This document shows, one piece after another, positions 56,536 to 64,000 of a DNA stretch of 64,000 nt. Both the position numbers and the translations under genes were made by a program. The stretch lies in IMG/VR virus record IMGVR_UViG_3300031949_000013, positions 30,012 to 94,011 of that record. One strand, 5' to 3'. The stretch comes from a virus. Positions within the stretch are counted from its first letter, which is position 1. Every line of letters begins with the position of its first letter. The notes beneath the pieces were generated by a model that ran no database searches, had not been told where the DNA came from, and saw nothing but the letters and a program-made list of their open reading frames with translations.

Positions 56536-56952
56536 AAGTTTTACCCAACCTTGCTCGCGTGCTGTCTTTCGGCGATGGCAGTTGGCGCACCGAACCTCGC
56601 ACTTCAACATCTCTAATTGAATCTTGGCCCAGGAGTGACCGTTCATAATCATCCTAGCTATACCAGCCAACTTCTTCCCTCGAACATGATCCCAATCGAG
56701 GACTACAAGGTCATTCTCCCCGCAGTCTACACAAGATTTCCCTTGAAGGATTTCGAACACCCTCTTCCGACTCTCGTGCCTCTTGGCCAAGGTTCTCAAC
56801 CTGAACGGTTTGGGATTGTCGTAATACCCTTTCAGATTGACTTTCCGTTGGCACTGGCGGCAGATGCTCTGGCGAGTGCCCTTCTTTTTCGACCGCCAAT
56901 TGAAGTCCTTCTCCGGATCTTTCGGGTGTCTGCACTTTGGACATGTCCTCAT
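56470..56952 (-). CDS. HNH-like endonuclease reading through tRNA-Trp
   Basis: CPKC, CRQC, CVDCG...DWDHVRG...KCEVRCANCHRRKT. Confidence 0.82.
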   Translation of the reverse strand: MRTCPKCRHPKDPEKDFNWRSKKKGTRQSICRQCQRKVNLKGYYDNPKPFRLRTLAKRHESRKRVFEILQGKSCVDCGENDLVVLDWDHVRGKKLAGIARMIMNGHSWAKIQLEMLKCEVRCANCHRRKTAREQGWVKLRAKAEVAGRIPNPLPSGFDSY

Positions 56953-57176
56953 GCCTCTAAACTACCACAAGTAGTTGGAGCAACAGCCAAGAAAATTTAG
57001 CGGAACGGCAGAGCACCATTTGCCGTCCCTCATTGTATTCAGGTAGGTGACCCTATTGAGGCTAGAGTGGCGTACCTCAAACGGTGCAATTTGATCCACC
57101 ATCAGCCAGACTTTCCTGGCAGTCAACTCTCGTTACTTGTGCTAGCTGGTCCAGGCAAACCTTCACGAGTGTTTCC

Positions 57177-57252
57177 TGGTCCCTCAGGTTGGAATTGAAC
57201 CAACACCTTCTGCTCTTCAGGCAGACGCTTCCACCAGGTTAGCTTCTGAGGG
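57177..57252 (-). tRNA. tRNA-Phe(GAA), second copy
   Basis: Loop CT-GAA-GA, CCA. Confidence 0.88.
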
Positions 57253-57364
57253 TTGAGGCTGGGTTTTCGGGTTTTCACCGTGTGGTTATCCAGCAGACCA
57301 CATTCAGTGATGAGGCTCACTGCGGCCGTCAGCAGACTACTTCTTTAGCTCCGTCTGCTATGGA

Positions 57365-57438
57365 TGGTGACCCCACGGGGAATTGAACCCCGGTTCTTAC
57401 CTTGAAAGAGTAACGTCCTACCATTAGACGATGGGGCC
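57365..57438 (-). tRNA. tRNA-Glu(TTC)
   Basis: Loop CT-TTC-AA, CCA. Confidence 0.92.
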
Positions 57439-57442
57439 GAAC

Positions 57443-57511
57443 AAGTCCGACTAGGAGATGCCGAGATCTTTTTCATTTTCGGTGATTGTAATCCCGACGG
57501 CATTCGGACTC
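57443..57511 (-). ncRNA. Y RNA-like 10 (minimal)
   Basis: AGTCCGAATGCCGTCGGGATTACAAT..ATCTCGGCATCTCCTAGTCGGACT. Confidence 0.78.
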
Positions 57512-57513
57512 AG

Positions 57514-57587
<74 letters not shown>

Positions 57588-57588
57588 G

Positions 57589-57661
57589 AGCCGGCGACAG
57601 GATTCGAACCCGCCTAAACCTCGTTACAAATGAGGTGCTCTCCCTAGAGAGCTACGCCGGC
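57589..57661 (-). tRNA. tRNA-Thr(TGT)
   Basis: Loop TT-TGT-AA. Confidence 0.9.
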
Positions 57662-57773
57662 AAACGTGTGTTGTGACAAAATTCAGGAGGAGACTTGCTA
57701 GACTAACAGGGTTCATCGGGTCGGATTCAAACCAACCTTGCAGGGCTCATCTGCCCCCAAAGAGACATGATTA

Positions 57774-57845
57774 AAGGCCGACGAGGTTTCGCTGTAGAAC
57801 TTGGTTCTTTACAAGAGATTGTATTCCACAACAGCATTCGGCCTT
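57774..57845 (-). ncRNA. Y RNA-like 11 (minimal)
   Basis: AAGGCCGAATGCTGTTGTGGAATACAAT..TTCTACAGCGAAACCTCGTCGGCCTT. Confidence 0.78.
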
Positions 57846-57921
57846 GGGGTGACGTACGGGAATCGAACCCGCCATTGACCGGGTCACAGCCGGCCCCCTT
57901 CACCAGTTGGGTAACGTCACC
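57845..57921 (-). tRNA. tRNA-His(GTG)
   Basis: G-1:C73, loop CT-GTG-AC, CCA. Confidence 0.9.
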
Positions 57922-57929
57922 ATAGTTTC

Positions 57930-58080
57930 AAGCGACGACGAGGATTCGAGAGACAGCCAGTGTAGGAGCCCTTCTAAGTGCCAATCTCGTGACCGAGGTC
58001 ACGAGGCGGAATCTGCCTCCGCAAGGCTCCGGGCCTGGCTTGCCCTTGGTCGATTGTAGTCCCTCAGGCATTCGTCGCTT
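57930..58080 (-). ncRNA. Y RNA-like 12 (multibranch non-tRNA cargo)
   Basis: AAGCGACGAATGCCTGAGGGACTACAAT ... GTCTCTCGAATCCTCGTCGTCGCTT. Confidence 0.8.
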
Positions 58081-58155
58081 GGCGACCCGTGAAGGGATCG
58101 AACCTTCCACCGTCGGCTTAACAGGCCGCCGCTACACCTTGTCAGCTTACGGGTC
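58080..58155 (-). tRNA. tRNA-Asn(GTT)
   Basis: Loop CT-GTT-AA, CCA. Confidence 0.88.
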
Positions 58156-58239
58156 GTGTCGGCAAACTCGCTCATGGCAACCCAGGTCATCCCGTTGCAA
58201 GGACTTGCTGGGAGGCAACTCCACGAGGTCATCTACCGT

Positions 58240-58315
58240 TGGCTCCAGGGGCAGGAGTCGAACCTGCATGACCTTCCGTTAACAGCGGAGGCGGCTTACC
58301 TATGCCCACCCTGGA
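58240..58315 (-). tRNA. tRNA-Asn(GTT), second copy
   Basis: Loop CT-GTT-AA, CCA. Confidence 0.85.
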
Positions 58316-58487
58316 AAAACTGTGGGAACAGCCGAGAAGTGATCTTCCCGACTGTTCCCGCAGACGAGTCCAGGAGAGAAACATCACTTCCGCAGTCCCG
58401 GCCGCTGGAGCCCTTCGCTATGAAGGTCGATCACGCTCCGGCTGCTTCAGCACTCCGAAGAGTGCCTCAGTGGCGTTCCAAATCCTG

Positions 58488-58506
58488 TCGAGTTGTCAAG
58501 GACCAG
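58488..58506 (-). promoter_or_regulatory. boxA-like antitermination element
   Basis: CTGGTCCTTGACAACTCGA resembles rrn boxA (TGCTCTTTAACA / TTCTTTGAAAAC types). Confidence 0.45.
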
Positions 58507-58534
58507 AGAACCACCTGTGTGATTCTTGTTCCGG

Positions 58535-58606
58535 CTCAGGGTCTCGGGATCGAACCGAGATTCACGGCTTCAGAGACCGTTGTCTTGCCTATTGGACGAA
58601 CCCTGA
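58535..58606 (-). tRNA. tRNA-Gln(CTG), second copy
   Basis: Loop CT-CTG-AA. Confidence 0.9.
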
Positions 58607-58626
58607 ATATCTACTGCATCACTTCG

Positions 58627-58700
58627 TGGGTCTGGAGGGAGTCGAACCCTCATCTCATCGGGTAAGAGCCGAGTATGTTATCCATTGCCACCACAGACCC
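58627..58700 (-). tRNA. tRNA-Lys(CTT)
   Basis: Loop CT-CTT-AC. Confidence 0.85.
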
Positions 58701-58707
58701 GTGGGAG

Positions 58708-58778
58708 TGGGAGCACAGAGAATCGAACTCAGATCGACCGGGTAAGAACCGGCTGCTCTACCGTTGAGCTATGCTCCC
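58708..58778 (-). tRNA. tRNA-Lys(CTT), second copy
   Basis: Loop TT-CTT-AC. Confidence 0.9.
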
Positions 58779-58838
58779 CTTTCTTGTTTGAGTGCCGGTA
58801 TCACCGGCTTTCGCTTGAGCTTGATCATGATGTTCACC

Positions 58839-58913
58839 TGGTCGGGGGCACGGGGATCGAACCCGCCTCTCTCGGATTAAAAGTCCGCTGCGTCACCTTG
58901 ACGCCAACCCCCG
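58839..58913 (-). tRNA. tRNA-Lys(TTT)
   Basis: Loop CT-TTT-AA, CCA. Confidence 0.88.
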
Positions 58914-58971
58914 ATGATTGAATCGGGAGCCGGTGCGTTTGAGTTCCTTGAGAGACATCGTTCTTTCCTTG

Positions 58972-59055
58972 TGGAGCATGATGGAATCGAACCACTTAGC
59001 CGTTAGGCACCGCGTTTACAGCGCGACTGTCGTCCCAGCGACAACTTCATACTCC
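58972..59055 (-). tRNA. tRNA-Tyr(GTA), 8/4 (or 9/3) fold
   Basis: GGAGTATG/CATGCTCC acceptor, short T-stem, loop CT-GTA-AA. Confidence 0.8.
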
Positions 59056-59069
59056 GTGTTTTTGACCCT

Positions 59070-59109
59070 GAAACGACCGAGGCCGCCTCGGTTTCCCTTT
59101 GGCGGCCTC
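59070..59109 (-). terminator. Attenuator terminator hairpin before first tRNA
   Basis: GAGGCCGCC/GGCGGCCTC 9-bp stem with weak U tail (GGTCGTTTC). Confidence 0.6.
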
Positions 59110-59139
59110 ATGATCCCTCTCGGGTTGTCACTTTGCCGC

Positions 59140-59295
59140 CTAAGTACCCACCTCCGGATTGGCGAACTTGATGGAGGTGGCGGGAACGAGATACGAACTA
59201 TCCTGGCGCAGTCCTAGACCCATTCCGCAGACACACCACACCGTCAAGGCTTCTGCCTTCGCTGTGGTTTGGAGATGGAGTTTGGTAGCGAACAT
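59140..59295 (-). CDS. Putative attenuator leader peptide (51 aa, all 20 amino acids)
   Basis: MFATKLHLQTTAKAEALTVWCVCGMGLGLRQDSSYLVPATSIKFANPEVGT; stop overlaps antiterminator strand TTAGGCGGC. Confidence 0.6.
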   Translation of the reverse strand: MFATKLHLQTTAKAEALTVWCVCGMGLGLRQDSSYLVPATSIKFANPEVGT

Positions 59296-59417
59296 GATTG
59301 CTCTAAGAGGAGTTCCTTGTTAGGGAGATCCTCCGGTTCCTGGTAATGTACACCGGTTAGACGCCTCAGCCACAGAAAAATCAACCGGGCGATGTCGATT
59401 TTTCTAACGTCCCGAAA

Positions 59418-60419
59418 TCAAGGAGAAACTTGATTCGAGAGCTGGGTGTTCACCATGACCCCGTTGAAGGCCGACGCTCCGAGCCCTTGGCCGATCACTA
59501 GATAGGTCGGCTGGAACGAGATCCAATCCGCTGTGGGATCCGTAGTCCAATCCATGTCTGGGACAGCTACACCGTTCACAGTCAGAGAAGCATGTCGTGC
59601 AGAACCCGAGAGGAGGTTCTCAGAATCCCAACTCAAGCGAACCGACATCGGGGCTCCTGGGGAAAACGAGGCCGTGGAAGGAGTGACTTCTGCGACAAGC
59701 ATTCCAACCGCATCCGTGATACGGAGGAGCGGGCGATTGAGGCTGTCTACCGCGAGAAGGATGTACTTTGTAGGAGTCGTCAGGTTGTTGGTGAGGTACA
59801 GGACCGTTCTCTCTGGACCAGCATCCAAGCCACCGCTCATCCCTGACACAACAAAGCCCACATCAGCGACCGTCTCTGTGATCGTGACGTTGCCAGCGGA
59901 TCCGGGGGTGTCGTTCACGAGGAGAATTTGCCCTGGAGTACCCGGAGAAGCCGTGATGTCCAGGGAACCAGCCGTGTTGATAGCTGCGATGATGGCGGCC
60001 CTGACGGTGGCCAACGAGTCTGCACCCGTAAAAGCCACAGCGACATTTCCAGGAGTTACTGTGGCGTTATCATCGAACTCGAAGACAGACGGTGGGTTGA
60101 CTCCATCGTCGAGCGTGAATGTCTCAGTATCAACTAGCAGAGAGCCATCCACGGTCACAATAGAGCCTGAAGCCGCAGTCAACAGGATCACGGCACCAGA
60201 AGTGTACTGGACATCCAACGTGCCCCTCTGACCCGGGACCAGTGAAAGCGGAAAGACACCCCCTCCAGGACTTGAGAAGACGGCACCATTCAAGGCAGTC
60301 ACAACCGAAAGAGGAGCCATCGATTGTCCTCGCCATGAAACGAGGCCATCGGGGGTAACGGATGGTATGCTTTGTCCCTGATTGGTGACGAAGCCTGGGA
60401 CGAGGAAGTTGCTGGGCAT
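59418..60419 (-). CDS. Putative virion structural protein (beta-rich, LamG-like C-terminus)
   Basis: 333 aa, S/T/G/V-rich; ETFTLDDG..VFEFD..IIAAIN segment. Confidence 0.65.
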   Translation of the reverse strand: MPSNFLVPGFVTNQGQSIPSVTPDGLVSWRGQSMAPLSVVTALNGAVFSSPGGGVFPLSLVPGQRGTLDVQYTSGAVILLTAASGSIVTVDGSLLVDTETFTLDDGVNPPSVFEFDDNATVTPGNVAVAFTGADSLATVRAAIIAAINTAGSLDITASPGTPGQILLVNDTPGSAGNVTITETVADVGFVVSGMSGGLDAGPERTVLYLTNNLTTPTKYILLAVDSLNRPLLRITDAVGMLVAEVTPSTASFSPGAPMSVRLSWDSENLLSGSARHASLTVNGVAVPDMDWTTDPTADWISFQPTYLVIGQGLGASAFNGVMVNTQLSNQVSP

Positions 60420-60473
60420 TCGGGCTCCTTCCCTTCACTGGGGGTAAAAGTTCTTTTGCGTTCACCCCTGTAG

Positions 60474-61088
60474 ATGCCCGAGTTCCCGAACGAAGTTACA
60501 GCCCTCCTGCGGATGGCCTCCGAGAAATCGAAGACCGCCCAGAAGCGGTTCGTCTGTCGGGCTTTCAAGACTGACTGGAACCAGTTCGTCGAGGAATGGG
60601 CCAGCCGGGCCTATGTCTTCGTGGCCAACGCCTTCGGAGGCTACCAGCGAGAACCTCTCGTCGAAATCGTGGCCATGCACGATGGGGCTCATGCTGGAGG
60701 AGCCAATGCCAGCTTCGACCCGAGCACCGGCAGGATCACTCTCTCCTCGGTCATAGAGGGAAATCCTGGCTGCACCCTGGAGAAGATCACCCACGAGCTG
60801 ACCCATGCCGCCCTGGCCTCCTTCCCAGAGGATGTGTTCTACGACGAGGGTTCTGTGGATTATGCCGTTTGGATCATGGCCCACGCACCGGCCTGGGAGC
60901 CCTACAGGGCACAAATGATCGAGGCCGCAGCCTTCAACATCCAGGTCCGACGGGACAGAGCCCTCAAAGCCGGGTCCGACTGGGACCGAAAGAGGTGGGC
61001 TGGGGGTCTTCACGCTCACTTGGCCTACGGTCCCCACGTCATTTCCAGGCTCAGGCAGAAGAAGCTCGAAGGCGACTTCACCTGGTGA
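60474..61088 (+). CDS. Zincin-like metalloprotease domain protein
   Basis: ITHELTHA and YDEG. Confidence 0.7.
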   Translation: MPEFPNEVTALLRMASEKSKTAQKRFVCRAFKTDWNQFVEEWASRAYVFVANAFGGYQREPLVEIVAMHDGAHAGGANASFDPSTGRITLSSVIEGNPGCTLEKITHELTHAALASFPEDVFYDEGSVDYAVWIMAHAPAWEPYRAQMIEAAAFNIQVRRDRALKAGSDWDRKRWAGGLHAHLAYGPHVISRLRQKKLEGDFTW

Positions 61089-61130
61089 GGCCAACGGAGA
61101 ACTGAAGCATGCCCCTAGTTAAGATACAGG

Positions 61131-62441
61131 TTGATCATGACTGACTACTTCGTTCGATCACTGGTCGTTGATCCCCTGACGTACTCGCCGTCGGCAAGGG
61201 CCACGGCGATCACCTTACGTATGATCTACGAGTTCTGGGGCTACTGCGTCAACGGAACCGCTCTGCTGACCACGCCTGGCGGGATGCCCACGACCCCTAC
61301 GGCCGGACCAGCTAATGGTTTCGAGGGAACAACGGTCCTTGCCACTGGCAGTGACGGGGCGACAATCGTTGGAGCCGACACGTTTGATTCGGCGGGTGCA
61401 ACGTTCACTTCTGCACATCTGAATAAACATCTCGTTGTCTGGAAACCCGGTGACCCAACATCGGAGAATTCGATTTACCAGATCATTGGTGTACCAAGCT
61501 CAACACAGCTTAGACTTTTGGTTGCGAACGGAGGAGTCCCTGATCCGACTACGCTGAAGCCCTCATTCACGAGTCGAAGCAGCATCCAGTACCGGATCAT
61601 CGACCTAGCAACGGTGGGCGGGCTGGCGTGGGTAGCAGTTACGCATTACGTGGTGCTCCAATTCACTCCGACTTTGATCAATGCGGGCCAGGCGAGCAGC
61701 CAGGTCCAGTTCCGTCTGAAGACCGGGATTTCGACACCCACCAACATCGACATGATTCTGAGCCCAGGAGGGACTTGGACCGGTGCCGCGTTCACAGATG
61801 GATCAACGGCCATCTTTCCGAACTCGAATACAAGCGGGTTACACAACAGCGCATCGGGCACCTACTGCCTGTTCACGATGATCGCGGACGAAAACTCGGT
61901 CATCATGCACATTTCGGGTTTCGGGATGACAACCGGCACCACGGGTGGGTACTACATCGAGATCCCAAAGCGGCTCTACACGCTAGCTCAAGACCCAAAC
62001 CCCATCGCCGCTTGCTGTTGGGGTGTGGCCAACATGATCGTGACTTCCAGCACACTGAACCTCAGCGGCTACTGGTGGATGGTATGCCCTGACACGGTCA
62101 CCCGAAATCACCTGCCTCTGACACGCTCGGTGCAGGGAATTGGTACGGACAGCACCGCCTCTGAAGGTCTAGCATTCAATGATAACCTCGACGGGGACCG
62201 TGGATTCAACTATCCGCGTGGGCTAGGGTTGACATCCCCGGTGCTGATTGGGCACCACAAGACTGCTGGTCAGTATGCCCTAGCCAGAGCACAGCTCAGA
62301 CGAATGCGGATGGCGACGACAGCACTGCCGAACTACAAGCGCATTGGCACCAATGGTGAGTGGCTGCATTTGAACACCAGCATTCTGTTCCCCTGGGACA
62401 ACACGATCTTGCCCTTCAACCTGATGTCACTGGGGTTCTGA
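61131..62441 (+). CDS. Putative virion structural protein
   Basis: 436 aa, T/G/S-rich; resembles next ORF (NSIYQI vs NSGIFRV, terminal W.H....W). Confidence 0.7.
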   Translation: MIMTDYFVRSLVVDPLTYSPSARATAITLRMIYEFWGYCVNGTALLTTPGGMPTTPTAGPANGFEGTTVLATGSDGATIVGADTFDSAGATFTSAHLNKHLVVWKPGDPTSENSIYQIIGVPSSTQLRLLVANGGVPDPTTLKPSFTSRSSIQYRIIDLATVGGLAWVAVTHYVVLQFTPTLINAGQASSQVQFRLKTGISTPTNIDMILSPGGTWTGAAFTDGSTAIFPNSNTSGLHNSASGTYCLFTMIADENSVIMHISGFGMTTGTTGGYYIEIPKRLYTLAQDPNPIAACCWGVANMIVTSSTLNLSGYWWMVCPDTVTRNHLPLTRSVQGIGTDSTASEGLAFNDNLDGDRGFNYPRGLGLTSPVLIGHHKTAGQYALARAQLRRMRMATTALPNYKRIGTNGEWLHLNTSILFPWDNTILPFNLMSLGF

Positions 62442-62442
62442 T

Positions 62443-63840
62443 ATGGCTAATTACCTTTGTAGGGATCTGCTCGGGACTAACACTGCGCCAAAGGCACATG
62501 CTTACCTGCTCAGTCTATTCCTCCGGCGGGTGCTCAAGTTCACCTACGTTGGCGACACGAACTTCGCCATCAACGCAGTTGGTACGCTGCTCATCGCCAC
62601 AGGGGATTCAACTCCTACAGTGGCCCCGACGTTCGGAGCCGGTACAAAGGCTGGCATCAACTACGGTGTCGGTCTGGAATACTACGTCGGCATTCCGGTT
62701 GCGTCTCACACGGTAGTGGCAGGGGACGTGAATCGGCTTCTTGTGATGAAAAGCACAGCAAACCCGAAGCACAACTCCGGCATCTTTAGGGTCACTGCTA
62801 TCGATGTGCCGAACAATCGGTTGCTGGTAGACTACCGAACTGCTGAGTTTCCGCCAGCCGAGGCCGATGACAGCATCGAGTGGTACTTGTACGAGTCCGA
62901 CAATTTCGCCTCGATCCCCGCCTCTGGAACGACAAGTGGTGGCACGGGCTATCGAGGTGCAGGTACAAGCACGAACGGCCGGATCATCTTGCAGAGCCCA
63001 CATGCGACCGCATGGCAGGTCCGGATCTGCAACGAAAACAGTACGGACTTCTCAACCAACGGCACCACGCCTGTCATCTCGGTAGCCCCGGGATTTAGTG
63101 GGACTTCTGCTGGTGATTTTGCTGTGGCAGGGCGGCATCTGCACACAGCACAGTGGTACGACACGGCCAATGGGACTCTCTATCAAGGTACGACGCCTGG
63201 ATGCGGGGCCAGCGCTGCAACGATCTACCGCTACACGATGCTTGGAGATGACACGGGGCAATCCTTCGTCATGATGTTGCGCTTCGTGTCAGGACAGGGC
63301 AACAGCGAGATGTTCCTCATGGGCATCGCAGACAATGAGCCAGCTCCCCTTCCGGCCGACAACTTGTCTAGACTATTTGCCTATGGTGATGGTTACGGAT
63401 TGAATGTCGGTAACTACATGAACGATATTGCATGGGCCACGGGTCGTTCAGATAACACCGCTCGTGGAGAAGGCACTTCTTTCGGTGATAAAATCACACG
63501 TCCCGTTGCAGCAACTCTTGGTGCTTGGAACTATCTGTATGGTGCGACTGTTGCAGCCAGCGTCATCGTAGAGGCGACGGCAGCAGACTCGGTATACTCC
63601 AGTTCCACAGACCTTCTGTCTGTTGTCCTTTGGGCTGGCATGCGTGGAACACAATATCCTGGGGGTGGAGTGCCAACCGCATTCCCATTCGAACCGCGCT
63701 TCTTGGGAACCGTACCTTGGCTCCGTCAGGGGCGAACAAACTTTGGAAACTACACACTCACGACGGATGCTGGGAAAGCCTGGCAACACTTCAGGAATGG
63801 CGTGTACATGGAGTGGAGTGGACCGGCAGTGGTGGCCTGA
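62443..63840 (+). CDS. Putative virion structural protein
   Basis: 465 aa, apparent paralog of upstream ORF. Confidence 0.7.
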   Translation: MANYLCRDLLGTNTAPKAHAYLLSLFLRRVLKFTYVGDTNFAINAVGTLLIATGDSTPTVAPTFGAGTKAGINYGVGLEYYVGIPVASHTVVAGDVNRLLVMKSTANPKHNSGIFRVTAIDVPNNRLLVDYRTAEFPPAEADDSIEWYLYESDNFASIPASGTTSGGTGYRGAGTSTNGRIILQSPHATAWQVRICNENSTDFSTNGTTPVISVAPGFSGTSAGDFAVAGRHLHTAQWYDTANGTLYQGTTPGCGASAATIYRYTMLGDDTGQSFVMMLRFVSGQGNSEMFLMGIADNEPAPLPADNLSRLFAYGDGYGLNVGNYMNDIAWATGRSDNTARGEGTSFGDKITRPVAATLGAWNYLYGATVAASVIVEATAADSVYSSSTDLLSVVLWAGMRGTQYPGGGVPTAFPFEPRFLGTVPWLRQGRTNFGNYTLTTDAGKAWQHFRNGVYMEWSGPAVVA

Positions 63841-64000
63841 TGGCAACAGCAACAGACATCAACATCAGCGGCAGCTATCCAACGTCCGAGCCCGACCTCG
63901 GCGAATCAAACAACTTTGGAGCCGAGGCTGTCACGTTAGACCTGCCCACGTTGGAGGAGATAGATCCAACAGGAGGCATTCTTGGACCTACGACTTACTA
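63840..64000 (+). CDS. Partial ORF (MATATDINISG...)
   Basis: ATG overlaps upstream TGA; open to window end. Confidence 0.55.
   Translation, partial: MATATDINISGSYPTSEPDLGESNNFGAEAVTLDLPTLEEIDPTGGILGPTTY

Noticed and set aside
57662-57773. A thirteenth Y RNA
   Set aside because: Has a T-like arm and Y-like 3' end but lacks the 5' CGAAUGC/GGAUUACA strand; at most a decayed copy

Overview
A 64 kb slice of a large (jumbo-type) tailed dsDNA phage genome, mostly on the minus strand. 1-8.6 kb: terminase large subunit with a LAGLIDADG intein in its Walker A (missing from the ORF track because it runs off the window edge), plus putative virion proteins. 8.6-38 kb: replication, recombination and nucleotide module (tandem sigma4 protein, NusG/5'-3' exonuclease fusion, DnaX/HolA/HolB and beta-clamp, primase, split Rad50 with Mre11, RecA, RuvC, RecD2, NAD ligase split by an endonuclease gene, class II RNR, GroEL, DEDDh exonuclease). 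40.6-44.6 kb: RtcB, vWA and HNH genes. 44.9-59.3 kb: a dense minus-strand RNA operon with 55 tRNAs covering all 20 amino acids and 45 distinct anticodons, tmRNA, RNase P RNA, a minimal SRP RNA, a 6S-like RNA and 12 paralogous Y RNA (YrlA-like) genes. The Y RNAs share a Ro60-type stem but carry different cargo domains: permuted tRNA mimics, a 21-nt exact copy of 23S rRNA H69/H70, or no cargo. The operon is preceded by a 51-codon leader ORF using all 20 amino acids and 39 different codons, coupled to an antiterminator/terminator, which suggests a general translation-stress attenuator. The best candidate for a new system is this attenuator-controlled translation-rescue RNA operon with a modular Y RNA library and RtcB. 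All calls were read by eye with no database searches, and RNA ends may be off by a few nt.
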